This document shows positions 25,971-38,555 of a stretch of DNA of 64,000 nt, piece by piece. The translations under genes were made by a program, and so were the position numbers. This DNA comes from Octopus bimaculoides. Taxonomy: Eukaryota. The notes beneath the pieces were generated by a model that had not been told where the DNA came from, ran no database searches, and saw nothing but the letters and a program-made list of their open reading frames with translations. Within the stretch, counting starts at the first letter, position 1. Every line of letters begins with the position of its first letter. The stretch covers positions 515,092-579,091 of the forward strand of contig NC_068992.1 of the NCBI RefSeq assembly GCF_001194135.2. The letters are read 5' to 3'.

Positions 25971-26789
25971 ATATACACACTTTATTGATCCATTCATAAA
26001 CATACTCTAAATACACTAAGTATGTGAATGGGTACNNNNNNNNNNNNNNNNNNNNNNNNNNNNNNNNNNNNNNNNNNNNNNNNNNNNNNNNNNNNNNNNN
26101 NNNNNNNNNNNNNNNNNNNNNNNNNNNNNNNNNNATATATATATTCTATAATCATTATCGAATATGTATTAATCAACTTTCTACATAATTATGCTTCATA
26201 TTGTTTTACGTTTTGAATAATTATCGATTAATTAGGAGCCTGCATGGCGCCAAAATTATCATTTTAATAATTTGGTCTTAGAATGATTTTGGAAAATCAT
26301 AAGTTTTGTTTACATTACTCGTTTGTCTCAATTGTATGTGTCGTGAAATGGACGGGAAAATATTTCATTGTAACAAAAGTTGATTTCTTGGTTGTGTTCC
26401 TTCGTTATTGGTATCCCTACACATTCTAAACAGGTGTCATATTTTTGAATTTATCTTTTGCACAGGCGTTAATTCCAGAGATATCTCAGAGATAACTTCA
26501 TCGAGTTATTTCACACGGAACTTATACATCAAATTTATCGAAAATTTGGCTGCTTCTCTCACGTCTTTAAACTCGTCTCCCTTTCAATAAATATAACAGC
26601 GTTGTTTCAATCGGTGACAATGGTATCGCGCATATTTTCTTAACACAATTTTGAAACTGCAGAAAATATGTATAAATTATATGTACATCTTTCTTTTACG
26701 TACAAACTGTCTTTATTTGAGAGAGGCTTCTCGTATTATCTGAATTTATTGATTTCTGTTAAGCCCGCTTCATATTTTCGCCATATTGT

Positions 26790-26975
26790 AAGACAGCGAA
26801 CTTGCAGAATCATTAACACGCCGGGCAAAAAGCTTCGCGGCATTGTGTGCATCTTCACGTTCTGAGTTCAAATTTTACCGAGGTCCACTTTACCTTTTAT
26901 CCATTCGGGGTCGACAAAATAAGAACTGAGCATCGATGTAATCGCGCAAGCTTGCTGGCCTCGTACCAAAATGTG
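26790..26975 (+). mobile_element. SINE family A (diverged)
   Basis: cacgccgggcaaaa...cacgttctgagttcaaatt...gaggtccactttaccttt...tcggggtcgacaaaataag. Confidence 0.75.
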
Positions 26976-27434
26976 TGCCTCCGACCGACCAACTGTGTTT
27001 GAGATTTATATAAGTTCCTTAATTTAATTATTGATTTATTTAAGTGCTTCTTAATGGAATTCCAGCAAGTCTCTAACAAGACTTTTCGAGTTAAGAGATT
27101 TCGCCGGGTTTGCAAATGTGTGGTTGAGTTGGTGTGTGGTCATGTATAGGCGTACGCGTTTGCATTTATGTTCTGTGTGAACATGTCTCTTTAGTGCTTA
27201 GGCATTCGTGTGTGTGTGCGTGAGCGTGGACGTTGGTGCAGCATTTCTTTTTACTTGTCTCCATTCAGATGCACACAACTGAGCGTATAATTATAGTCAT
27301 TTAAAGAATCTCAGATGGAGACTGTTCGGAATGTTGTGGATAGGTAGGAAGGAAGGAAGGAAGGAAGGAAGGAAAGAAGGAAGGTAGGTATGTATACACA
27401 CATATATGTACATATATATATATATAAGCGTACG

Positions 27435-27611
27435 AATGGCTGAGTGGTAAGAAGATTGCTTCCCAACTACATGTTTCGGGGTTCAGTCCCACTGCGTGGC
27501 ATCTTGACGAAATGTTTTCTACTAGTCTCGGACTACCAAAGCCTTGTGAGTGGATTTGGTAGATGTACACACACATACACACATGCAAACACACACGCAC
27601 GTACACACACA

Positions 27612-27647
<36 letters not shown>

Positions 27648-27680
27648 AATGTTTATAATAATAGTAATAACAATAACAAC

Positions 27681-27737
<57 letters not shown>

Positions 27738-28140
27738 GATGGCTAGACGCAATATAAAACCACAAGGAAAGAATTTGATTGTCACTAATAGTGACTGAGG
27801 GTGCATTGAAGCATCTACATTACTAGAAATAAGAGTCAGAGACCCTTTTCGCCACAACCAGGGCATAAATCTGTCTACTAACAGGAGAGTTAGCCACCCA
27901 ATATATGTATATATGCGTGCGTGTGTGTGTGTCAATTTGTCCCACGCCACCACGTGACAACCAGCATTTGTATGTTTACGTTACCATAATTTAGCGGTTC
28001 GCCAAAAACACCGATAGAATAAGTAGCAGGCTTAAATAAATCAAAGTACTGTGGTCGATTCATTTGACTAAAATTATACAAGGCGGTGCTCCAGCATGGC
28101 CGCCGTCTAATGACTGATACGAGTAAAAGAATAGCAGAAT
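27435..28140 (+). mobile_element. SINE family B split into head (27435-27563) and tail (27900-28140) by microsatellites and ~165 bp of other sequence
   Basis: The head matches 20680-20810 and the tail matches 20950-21135. Confidence 0.75.
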
Positions 28141-28214
28141 ATCTATGCTTATATACCTCTGCATCTACAAACACGAGCGTGCACACGCGCGCGCGCACGA
28201 TTACACAAATATAT

Positions 28215-28648
28215 TCTTTTCTACTCTAGGCACAAGGCCCGAAATTTTTGGTGAGGTGGGGCCTGTCGATTAGATCTCCTCAAGTACACAACTGGTACTT
28301 AATTTATTGACCCCGAAAGGATGAAAGGCAAAGTTGACCTCGGCGGGATTTGAACTCAGAACGTAAAGACAGACGAAATACTATTAAGCATTTCGCCCAG
28401 CGCGCTAACGTTTCTTATTTCTTTATTGCCGACAAGGGATTAACATAGAGGGGACAAACAAGGACAGACAAAGGGATTAAGTCGATTATATCAACCCCAG
28501 TGCGTAACTGGTACTTATTTAATCGGCCCCGAAAGGATGAAAGGCAAAGTCGACCTCGGCGGAATTTGAACTCAGAACGTAACCACAGACGAAATATCGC
28601 TAAGCATTTCGCCCGGCGTGCTAACGTTTCTGCCAGCTCGACGCCTTC
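28215..28648 (-). mobile_element. Two head-to-tail SINE A copies with different 3' tails
   Basis: Both contain ccccgaaaggatgaaaggcaaagt.gacctcggcgg.atttgaactcagaacgtaa; junction at tttct (28411-28415). Confidence 0.9.
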
Positions 28649-29020
28649 ACACAGATATATATTGATAGACCTTGTGCAAGAATAGCGTCTTAGCAGTTTA
28701 ATGTGGTGTAGCTTTGTGAGGGAGTCATATTAACTAGTAAACCAGGTAAAAAAAAAATTATAATGAAATCCCACCATATATATGGCAGAGTTTTATAAGA
28801 GATTGTGAGAGATTAGTCAATGTTTTGAGAAAGAGATATTAACTGAGTGTTAGGATCTTACACACCATCCAACGTATCAGAATTATGTGACAGAAAAAAG
28901 ACGAAAAAGATATCAGTTGTATTGTTATTTTGTTTTAATGTTTAACAGTAATAACAGACGATGTAGGTGTAGGTCGCTAGATTGGTAGATAGACATATCA
29001 ATATTTCGATACAGGGATAT

Positions 29021-29075
29021 GGTGAAGGCGTGTGGCTTAGTGGTTAGGGATAACGGGTGCACGATTCTGAGATGT
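29021..29075 (+). mobile_element. Isolated tRNA-like SINE head (family D-like)
   Basis: ggtgaaggcgtgtggcttagtggttaggg resembles the reverse complement of 57190-57228. Confidence 0.55.
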
Positions 29076-29079
29076 CTTT

Positions 29080-29650
29080 TTTTGTTTTAAATTAAACTTT
29101 TTCTTTAAGAAAACACTCAATGCCTCGTGCACACTCCTTGTGCGCATGCGCAGTATCTTTGGTTAGTATGGAAACAGAGTTCTTTGCAATCAACCATGGA
29201 ATACGTGGCGCTTCTTTGCTAACTATGCTAACAAAACTTCACAGTGATGTGCAAAATACTCGCTTCTGATTGGTTAAAATACCCAAATTTTACAAATTTT
29301 AAAGTCTAATAACTTTTTAATTATGGATTTATAGGAAAAATGAATTTAATTTTCATAGTTAGTATACAAAGCTTAATTAATATACCAAATTTGAAAGCAA
29401 TTGGAACTAAATTGTAGACAGTGACGATAACCCCAAAGATCCCTGTATCCTTCTACGTAGATTAAAAATAAATTCGAAAATAAGTTAAAAATTAATCAAT
29501 TGTGGTGGGGGTGGGGGAAATTAACATTTTGAAAACGTGATTTTGGGGCCAAATCGTATTCTTCTATATTGAAAACATAGAAATCAGAAAAAAAAGTTTT
29601 AAAAAAGATTAAAAGAACACATCGAAAAGGACGGTGTACACGTTCTTTAC
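29080..29650. mobile_element. Probable non-autonomous DNA-transposon-like sequence
   Basis: Style typical of MITE interiors (ctgattggttaaaat, ataactttt, aaatttgaaagcaattgg) and an 11-bp inverted repeat at 29008-29018/29439-29449. No family could be assigned. Confidence 0.3.
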
Positions 29651-30880
29651 CTTCACCCATTAGTAGTGAGAAGGAAGAACAGATGGATATGTAGATCTAC
29701 AAGTAGGTAGACAGGTTCATTTATAGGGAACTCATATAAAATAAAATAACTATAGATTGAACCTCCTTACTGCCGTTTATTCTGAGTTGTGAGGTAGTTT
29801 TGATTGCACTGTCCTTGACGTGATGCCGCATAGCAGAATAATAAACAAACTCGATCACTATTCAGAGAAACATATACATGGCTATGTATTGAGCTTACTC
29901 CGCTGGTTCATGATTGGTTAAAATTCCCAATGAAGCGTGCTTCGATTAAACAAAGGTCTGCTGCACCTCTCTTTACCGCTAAAAGCTTTGTCTATATGTT
30001 TCTTCCATATGCTTCTGGTGTTGGAACACTGCGCTGGTTACTTTATAGAAATGTTTCCTCAGGACGCCACACGACATTTAAATGCCAAGACGCTTTATTC
30101 GCACGTTAACAATGCTGTTTGAGACGCACCGACGCACATATATTTGAATATGTATGTATACGTATGTATGCATTTATGTGAGTGTACGCGCGTGTGCGTG
30201 TGCGTGTGTGTGTGTCTGTGATGTGTTTGTTTCACTCTATTGCTTTCTTGAAGAGTCTGTATGTCAAAATATTCCATTGTTTCTTTCTCACTCACTTTAG
30301 TAATTTGAGCTGATTAATCACGAAAGGTCACGTATCAGAATCTATTTCTCGTACTATTGCTTGAAATAAATAATTACTTATACACAGCGCCCTTTCAGCA
30401 GACATATACTCATGTGTGTGTGTGTGTGTGATGTATGCACAAGTGTTTCATATATGTGCGTTTGTAAGATTATGTGACGATTGTTAAACGTTCAGATTGT
30501 TTTCTGTGGAGACGCTTGATCTACTTATTATTAATGACACCGTTAGCTCTCAGTACAGCAGTAATACGACCCTGTGGCACATGCATAAATATTTCTACGC
30601 TGTGCATTGTACTATCGTATTCTACTTTCCCAGACAACAAAATGTCAAGAGATGTATTACCATTAGGCATTCATTATAAATTATTAACGTGACACGTGTC
30701 AATTTTAGAATAGCGAAAATCCGAAAATGAAATCTCAAACTTATATCGGAATTAAAAAAGTAAGCGGTTTACGTTTCGACATACGTAGACACCATTTACA
30801 TCTGCGAACGCACATACCCGGACCTTCATATACTTATGCACATATCAAAATGTGAACGATGATAAGTACACACACACACT

Positions 30881-30929
<49 letters not shown>

Positions 30930-31300
30930 NNNNNNNNNNNNNNNNNNNNNNNNNNNNNNNNNNNNNNNNNNNNNNNNNNNNNNNNNNNNNNNNNNNNNNN
31001 NNNNNNNNNNNNNNNNNNNNNNNNNNNNNNNNNNNNNNNNNNNNNNNNNNNNNNNNNNNNNNNNNNNNNNNNNNNNNNNNNNNNNNNNNNNNNNNNNNNN
31101 NNNNNNNNNNNNNNNNNNNNNNNNNNNNNNNNNNNNNNNNNNNNNNNNNNNNNNNNNNNNNNNNNNNNNNNNNNNNNNNNNNNNNNNNNNNNNNNNNNNN
31201 NNNNNNNNNNNNNNNNNNNNNNNNNNNNNNNNNNNNNNNNNNNNNNNNNNNNNNNNNNNNNNNNNNNNNNNNNNNNNNNNNNNNNNNNNNNNNNNNNNNN

Positions 31301-31333
<33 letters not shown>

Positions 31334-31785
31334 AATATTTAGGAGCAGCAACACAGTAACTTAGTAGTTACAGGTCCATAAGCTGTGGGTTTATATAACT
31401 GGTTCAAATTACATTCATCTGGATTGTACTAAAACAAATTTTAAGACAATTAGAATGTCACGTGGATAGTTCATACTTTTCATATAGTTTGCCCGTTATG
31501 TCGTTCAATAAGCAAATACACAAACAGACTAGAAAAGCACTCGGAGAGCGCAGACCTCCGCCAAGCAGCTCTTTTCCACCCGTATACACGCATGCTGGAA
31601 ATCGCCCAGTTTCCCAAACCAACGGCGGAAAAAACATAACCTCCCTGGCGGGGTTATACATATGTATACATGTATATATATATGTGTATAAATATGTATG
31701 CATCCATGAATATGTGTGTGTTTGTACATTAATGTATTTACATATGTATGTGTGTACGTACGCACGTATGTATTTATGTATCAAC

Positions 31786-31881
31786 CTGTCTGTCTTTTTG
31801 CCTGTCTGTCTTTTTGCCTGTCTGTCTTTTTGCCTGTCTGTCTTTTTGCCTGTCTGTCTTTTGCCTGTCTGTCTTTTTGCC

Positions 31882-31938
<57 letters not shown>

Positions 31939-31939
31939 G
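31786..31939. repeat. ~16-bp minisatellite (cctgtctgtctttttg) grading into (TCTG)n
   Basis: Directly visible; ends at gap 31940-32286. Confidence 0.92.
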
Positions 31940-32464
31940 NNNNNNNNNNNNNNNNNNNNNNNNNNNNNNNNNNNNNNNNNNNNNNNNNNNNNNNNNNNNN
32001 NNNNNNNNNNNNNNNNNNNNNNNNNNNNNNNNNNNNNNNNNNNNNNNNNNNNNNNNNNNNNNNNNNNNNNNNNNNNNNNNNNNNNNNNNNNNNNNNNNNN
32101 NNNNNNNNNNNNNNNNNNNNNNNNNNNNNNNNNNNNNNNNNNNNNNNNNNNNNNNNNNNNNNNNNNNNNNNNNNNNNNNNNNNNNNNNNNNNNNNNNNNN
32201 NNNNNNNNNNNNNNNNNNNNNNNNNNNNNNNNNNNNNNNNNNNNNNNNNNNNNNNNNNNNNNNNNNNNNNNNNNNNNNNNNNNNNNTATATATATGTTTG
32301 TGTGTTTGCATATATACGTATATATGCATGTGCATATATATATGTATGTGTGTGTGTATGTATGTATGTATGTATGTATGTATGTATGTATGTATGTATT
32401 ATGTATGTATATATACATGCATGTATGTATTGAAATTTGCTGAAGGCAGAACAAGATGACATAA

Positions 32465-32700
32465 AGTAAACCACAAAAAGTAAACCACAAAAAGGAAATA
32501 GAACACAATTGGAGTTTTATGATATAATTCTATACTTCGGGGTTATGACCTTTTCTTCAGAGCATACGAACAAGCGAAGGATGGAGAAATGTCGTTACTG
32601 ATGTGTGTTGGGGAGGAGTGGTGACGGGGTGATTAATACTTTATCAAAGAAAATTAGTAAAGTAGTTATTGTGACGTTCTTTTGTTTATAAACATATTTA
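32465..32700 (-). mobile_element. Possible Penelope-type pseudo-LTR fragment
   Basis: Minus strand ctCTGAAGAaaaggtcataaccccGAAGtatag resembles the CTGANGA...GAAA PLE end. Degenerate. Confidence 0.35.
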
Positions 32701-33191
32701 ACGTTCATGTTTATAGTCGACACAATAAGGCACGGGCCTGCACACACATCTATGCATAAAGTCTACTGGGAAGAAAGTGATTCACTTTTAACAACATATT
32801 CACATACAGATGTATACACACATACATTAGGAAATAGCTGAATTAAATACGACAAACTCAAGATACATGCACATATGTTAAACAGTTAAGCTGTAAATAC
32901 AGTCATAAAACGTTGGATGACACACAAAGAAGTGAACGGCTGAACAGTATAATGCAAACAATACTGAACGGACATTTTTACCACTAATTCTAAACAAAAC
33001 TAGAACCGTTTTCATTTTAACAATCAACAATTGTGGTGTGATTTGTGACGTATAAACCAAATACATTACATACACACACCTCCGCGTACACATATAATTT
33101 CACAAATAAAATATATGAGTAGATATATGACTAATACGTGCGATGCACACACAAACACACACACGTTCATACACACGCATACATGTACGTA

Positions 33192-33412
33192 TCTGTGTTT
33201 GTGTCTTTGTATTCCACCCCGCCAACTGATTGCTGACTGCGTTGGTTGGTTAACGTACTCGACACTTAGCAATTCGGCAAAATGTGATAGACAGAATAAG
33301 TGTCAACTTGAAGTATAAACTAGTTTTGATTCTTTTCGGCTAAACCTTACAAGGTAGTACCGAGACATGGCAGCAGTCCAAAGATTAAAACAGGGAAGAA
33401 AATAAAAGAATA
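33192..33412 (+). mobile_element. SINE family B, decayed 3' half
   Basis: cttagc.attcggcaaaa...gatag.cagaataag...catggcagcagtcca...aataaaagaata aligns by eye to 20950-21135. Confidence 0.6.
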
Positions 33413-35834
33413 TACACACACATAAGTATGTGCGTGTATATATATGTCTATATATNNNNNNNNNNNNNNNNNNNNNNNNNNNNNNNNNNNNNNNNNNNNN
33501 NNNNNNNNNNNNNNNNNNNNNNNNNNNNNNNNNNNNNNNNNNNNNNATATATATATATATATATATATATAAAAGTTTGTGTGCACAAGTAGAAAAGATT
33601 TGATTGCTCCACATAAGCGTCATCATAAACATGAAATATTTACTGGTGCACTTGACATCAAATTGTTATGGAAACTCATTTCATAAGTGGAATTTGTCTA
33701 TTATCTTTTGCAACGGAACCATTTCAACACATTCCTCTGCCAAGTCTCGAGGGAAAATGTGTAATATTATCAGAAAAATGATTTGTAGTAATAGCTCCAA
33801 TAATAAGAGTCGGAGATTGTAGATTCCCCTACTTCTCCAAAGATGCGAGAATTTATAGGCCTCACTGTGATGCACACACATGAAATTATCTACCTCTGGA
33901 AAGTGGTTAACATTGTTTGACAATAGTAGATAATATATTTAGTATCATTTTCCATCGACAACCGACAAATGTCCAGTATTAATAAAGACAGGGTAATTAT
34001 TATTGTTATTTTTATTGCTTGTTTGTGAGCTCAAAGTCACTGACTAAATGGATCTATGTTCAATAGTTCTTCAGGAATGACCATCTCATTTAGCGTTTCC
34101 CAGACATAATGTCTCGAGGTCTACATTACCGAATATGTCCTTTTCCAAAAACTTTAAAGAAATTACTATGTGATTTAAGTGAAACTTAGCTACTGCTTCT
34201 AGCATTTTGAACCATCATTTAGATTCAACTTGTGATTGTTGTTGTTTTCAGTTTAGCTCAAGGTCGTTAGTATTATTAAGAAGATCAGCAAATAAACGCA
34301 TTTCAACTGTACCTACACTGTTTTCCATTCAGATTAAGTTGACGACGCCAACCTTATCCAATGCATTCTACATGAAGACGACACAGTATGCTTTGAGGGA
34401 AAGTTTGGTGGTACTTTTTAGCACATCGAACAAAAGGGTAGACGCCCTCTCGTTATTCCGAGAACCACCATGTTGAGATGATCATTAATTTTCCCTATAC
34501 ATTCGGTACAAACAGATATTCAACCATTTATTGTTCACAGGCAATAAAATTATAATTACTGTCATTACAAAGTTATGAATGCATAGGCACTACACATATC
34601 CATAAATTCAAAGGTATAATATTGACGTATGAATTATTGCACAGAACAAATGATCGATATTAACTAGAAATAAAACCCATCCATAATATTAAAGCAATTA
34701 CATTGCCAATCTGTGAAAAGTTGTATTATTGCATGTATCACTTAAATAGCTTGAAATAGCATTTAAGTACTCTAAAGTACGTTTACAGCTTTGGATCGGA
34801 GAATATTTACATGATTCTCATGATGCATGCTTCCTTACACTCTGTTTCATTATTAAAATATTGAACAGATAAGTAGTAGTCAATAGGAGGCGAATTAACT
34901 AATCTTGATTCAAATAAATACAAATAACATCAATAAGCTTATATTTTAATTTCTTCTGAGTTGATTTCATCTGATTTTAAATGTTATTAAAAGAATCAAG
35001 AATCATTCGACATCAAACATAGGATTGACACAGTAGGTTCTACTCTGCTTAATTGGTCTATTTTGAAACAACAGAACGTCTCATTACACATTAAAATCTG
35101 CATTTATCGATCATCTGTATAGCTTGCTTATCGCATGGTTGAAAATCATAACTTCTCACAGATTGATTTGATTATGTTGGAGAGCTTACAAATGGGATGC
35201 TTCCCGTGAATCACTCGAAATAGCATGGATCAAATGTCTAAGCAATGATCGAGTTCGACGAAGCCGCTTCTGAAAGCAAAATATTTTTTGATATAATGTA
35301 AAACAGCTGCCGTACCATGGTCAATTGAATTAACGGGATCATTCAATGTTACCAAACAAATTATTCGTCTCTTGTCATAAGAATACAAAGTACACAAAAG
35401 GATATTGTAAACGACCTGGCTGAAAAATGATTCAAAGTGATTTGAACAAAGAAAATCAACAATTGTGAATGGAAAGACTTGCGATAGGCACTAAAAGAGG
35501 GGAGATGGGCCAAGGCAAACCATTTCATATTACCCCCTGTTTAAATGATTGTCAGTGATGATGATTGTTGAGGGTACACCGTAAATTAGTGGCAGTATCC
35601 GCAGTTAATTAATTTAGGAACACAAGTTCAAACTTAATAGAACAATTTTGTTTCAATTACTCCATAATCTTGCAATTTCTGGTTGACGTCTCCATGGTTA
35701 CATTACTCCAAGCTTAATATTTCGTCATAGTTTCAATAATCCATTAATATTTGCAGAGATTTTAATTTCACCTTTCTTTCCCCACTCTTCATACATATAA
35801 CTTGTACAGAGGAAATGTTTTTAGCAAGATACTA

Positions 35835-36090
35835 AAACAAAAGGGAGCTCTCCACGATGACCTGACCAATCTGAAATAGCAGCCAAATGTTTCTCAAACC
35901 ATATTATACCGGCACGAGAAAGAACATACTGGATAATGTATTCTGAGAGTATATCTGAAAGGAAGGAGAGATAATCACGGCTGAAATGCGTTTTATCACA
36001 GCGCTGCATGACCAGCCGCCATGCGCGATGCAACAAAACTACAGCTGTAAGATCAACTACAACAGAAGAGACAGCAACAACAACAACAAC
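35835..36090 (+). mobile_element. SINE-like family E 3' part with (CAA)n tail
   Basis: tgacctgacc...gaaatagcagccaaat...ggataatgta...cacggctgaaatg, similar to 5925-6050 and 54400-54530; ends in caacaacaac. Confidence 0.5.
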
Positions 36091-36344
36091 GATAACGCTA
36101 GTTTTATATTACATTTGAAGAGAACATAGAAAAGCAACGATGGATCTCATTCTCCCTGGATGTAAGGGCTGTGCACAATTTGTCTGTTAATGAACAGTGT
36201 GTTAGTGAATGTCCAGAATAGATCAGTTGGTGATGTGGATCGAGCAATTTAGTGGCTTGAAGACGAAGAATACGTGAAATACTGAGAAGAGAGCAAATGG
36301 CATTGAAAATATTCCTAAACTTATTCTTGAACAAATATCTTATG

Positions 36345-36472
<128 letters not shown>

Positions 36473-37899
36473 ATTTATGATAGTTGGGTCAAACATGAAT
36501 TTAAAATGTATCTACTGCAGTGTAGTCGGAAACGACAACATCAACACAACCGAAGAAGAATCGAAAGATAAAGAAATGTAAAGAAAACTATTGCTGTAGC
36601 TATAAAAGAAATCGTAAATATATAAAGCATTTTTCGTGGATTTATGAACTAAATAATGGTCGTTAATTGCTATTAAAAGGCAAAAGAAGATCCCTCTTCT
36701 GGTTAAATGAAAAGAATGAAGTTATACTGAGGTGAAACTCATACAACAGTAAATTATTTTACGGTAAAAATCATAGCCATTTAGCCAATAAGCAATATTT
36801 ATGGATTACAAAAGTGCTGTCGATTATAATTAAAAAAACAACAACAAAAAACAAAAAAAAAAAACAAAAACAAAAAAAAAACTAAAAAAACGAAGAAGGA
36901 AGGAAAAAATGTAATTTTATGTTTGAAAATGTAAGCACTTTTCAAATAATGTCACATGGATGTATCTTGTTAGTTCATGGATGCCTTTGATAACAAATGA
37001 GGTCCCTACTGCTACTGTTGCTGCCCAGCAATCAGGCTGACCGCTCTACTACTATTGTACCATACATGACCTGATTGTTAAACAGCATACTGACAACAAA
37101 CCTAACAACAGCAACAACAACAGCAACAGTAAAACTGTTCTACGAGCTAACTGGGCAAATATAAACACTTGAAATGTATTCCCAGTGAAATCCTTCAAAC
37201 AAAGATTATTCATTTTTAAAGCCACATTTAGCTAACATTAAATAAAAGAAAATCCAAAATAAGGGGATTCTAACGGTGTTTAACAAAATCAGATGAGGAT
37301 TACGCAACAGTGTGAACACCTTGTATTTTGGCAAATTAATTCTTATTTATATGCATTTTTAACAACTGCAGTAGTAGAATTAAAGAAAGGCAAAATAATG
37401 AAAACAAGGCAAATCAAATTTGGTAAACGGACTTTAGATTACGGAAAATTGTCAGTGGAATAGCGTTACTTACCATATGCAAAAAGAGAATTACTCTCAC
37501 TGCTAACAACGAGTGAAAAATAAAACATGAACAATGTTTGGCTACAGTAAAAAGAAAACACTTGAGTAGAAATTATTCACCTCAAACAGTCGCTAAAAGC
37601 TGTCACTGAAAAGCTCCTACTTCAGAAAAAAAAATAGCTGAAAGAAGAAAAATAATAAAGCAGAAAATTTAATTGAATTGATAGAGTCCTATATCTCCGC
37701 CAGCAATTTACGGAGGTAAAGGACTCTCCGAATGGTTCCTTCTCAGAAAGATAGAAAGTTGTTTTTGAGAAAAACTTCGAGTGAGGCAAATAAGCTAAAA
37801 AAAGAGATTCTACAAGAAATTTGAAAACAAATTATAATTCTCTGTATTAAACTAAAAGTATACAACGTCAATGGCGATACCTTTGAGATAGTGATTAAA

Positions 37900-38555
37900 A
37901 AGTATCATGATAGGCAAGCACCAGTAAAAGAATTATGTGTCAGATTCTGATAGATAAAAAGACATTTTATTGGAAGTAATTTATATACTAACTTTGCAGC
38001 AATACCTCGGATTGGAGGTGTTTGATCCTGGTCTTCTCTAATATATCGGTACATCATCCTCACTATGTCTTGTTGATCATCATCGCATCCTTCTAATACA
38101 GCTCTTCTCATTGTTTCTGCTTCATTCACTGACAATGTCTTTACACTTGTACTTGGCCCTACATCTTCACTGCCACCATTCATGTCTGCATCCTTATTAG
38201 ACACGCAATCTGCTGGTGCAGTATTATCATTGTTTTCTATTTTCCTTTTCAGTTCTTCTTCAATTCCCACGTCTGTTAGCCACCCATTTTTTTTCCTTGT
38301 TGCTTTTGCCTTGTCAGCTAACTGTTTAAAGAGTCCTCTATCAACCCGTTCTGATTTCATGCATTTTCAGAATCCCTTTTTACTGGCTTCACTTCTGATT
38401 CTGAATTGAATTGCTCTTTGGTTTTGCAGGCGTATCCCACCTTTTTATCTGCCTCTGACTTTGGGCACAAGCAGTCTCTGGATGCCAACCGAGCCTGCGC
38501 TACTTAAGCACAGGAGACCTGCCAGCTGAAAGACCTTCATGGTCGGTTCCATTCT
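37900..38555 (-). mobile_element. 5'/N-terminal fragment of an R4/Dong-like non-LTR element
   Basis: ORF 37905..38360 contains KQLADKAKATRKKNGWLTDVGIEEELKRKI (~QRLADQxRxIxKNGWLxxxELEEIK), with a frameshifted KMHEI just upstream (~KRMHEIW). The 5' flank is aataagaat on the element strand. Confidence 0.7.
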
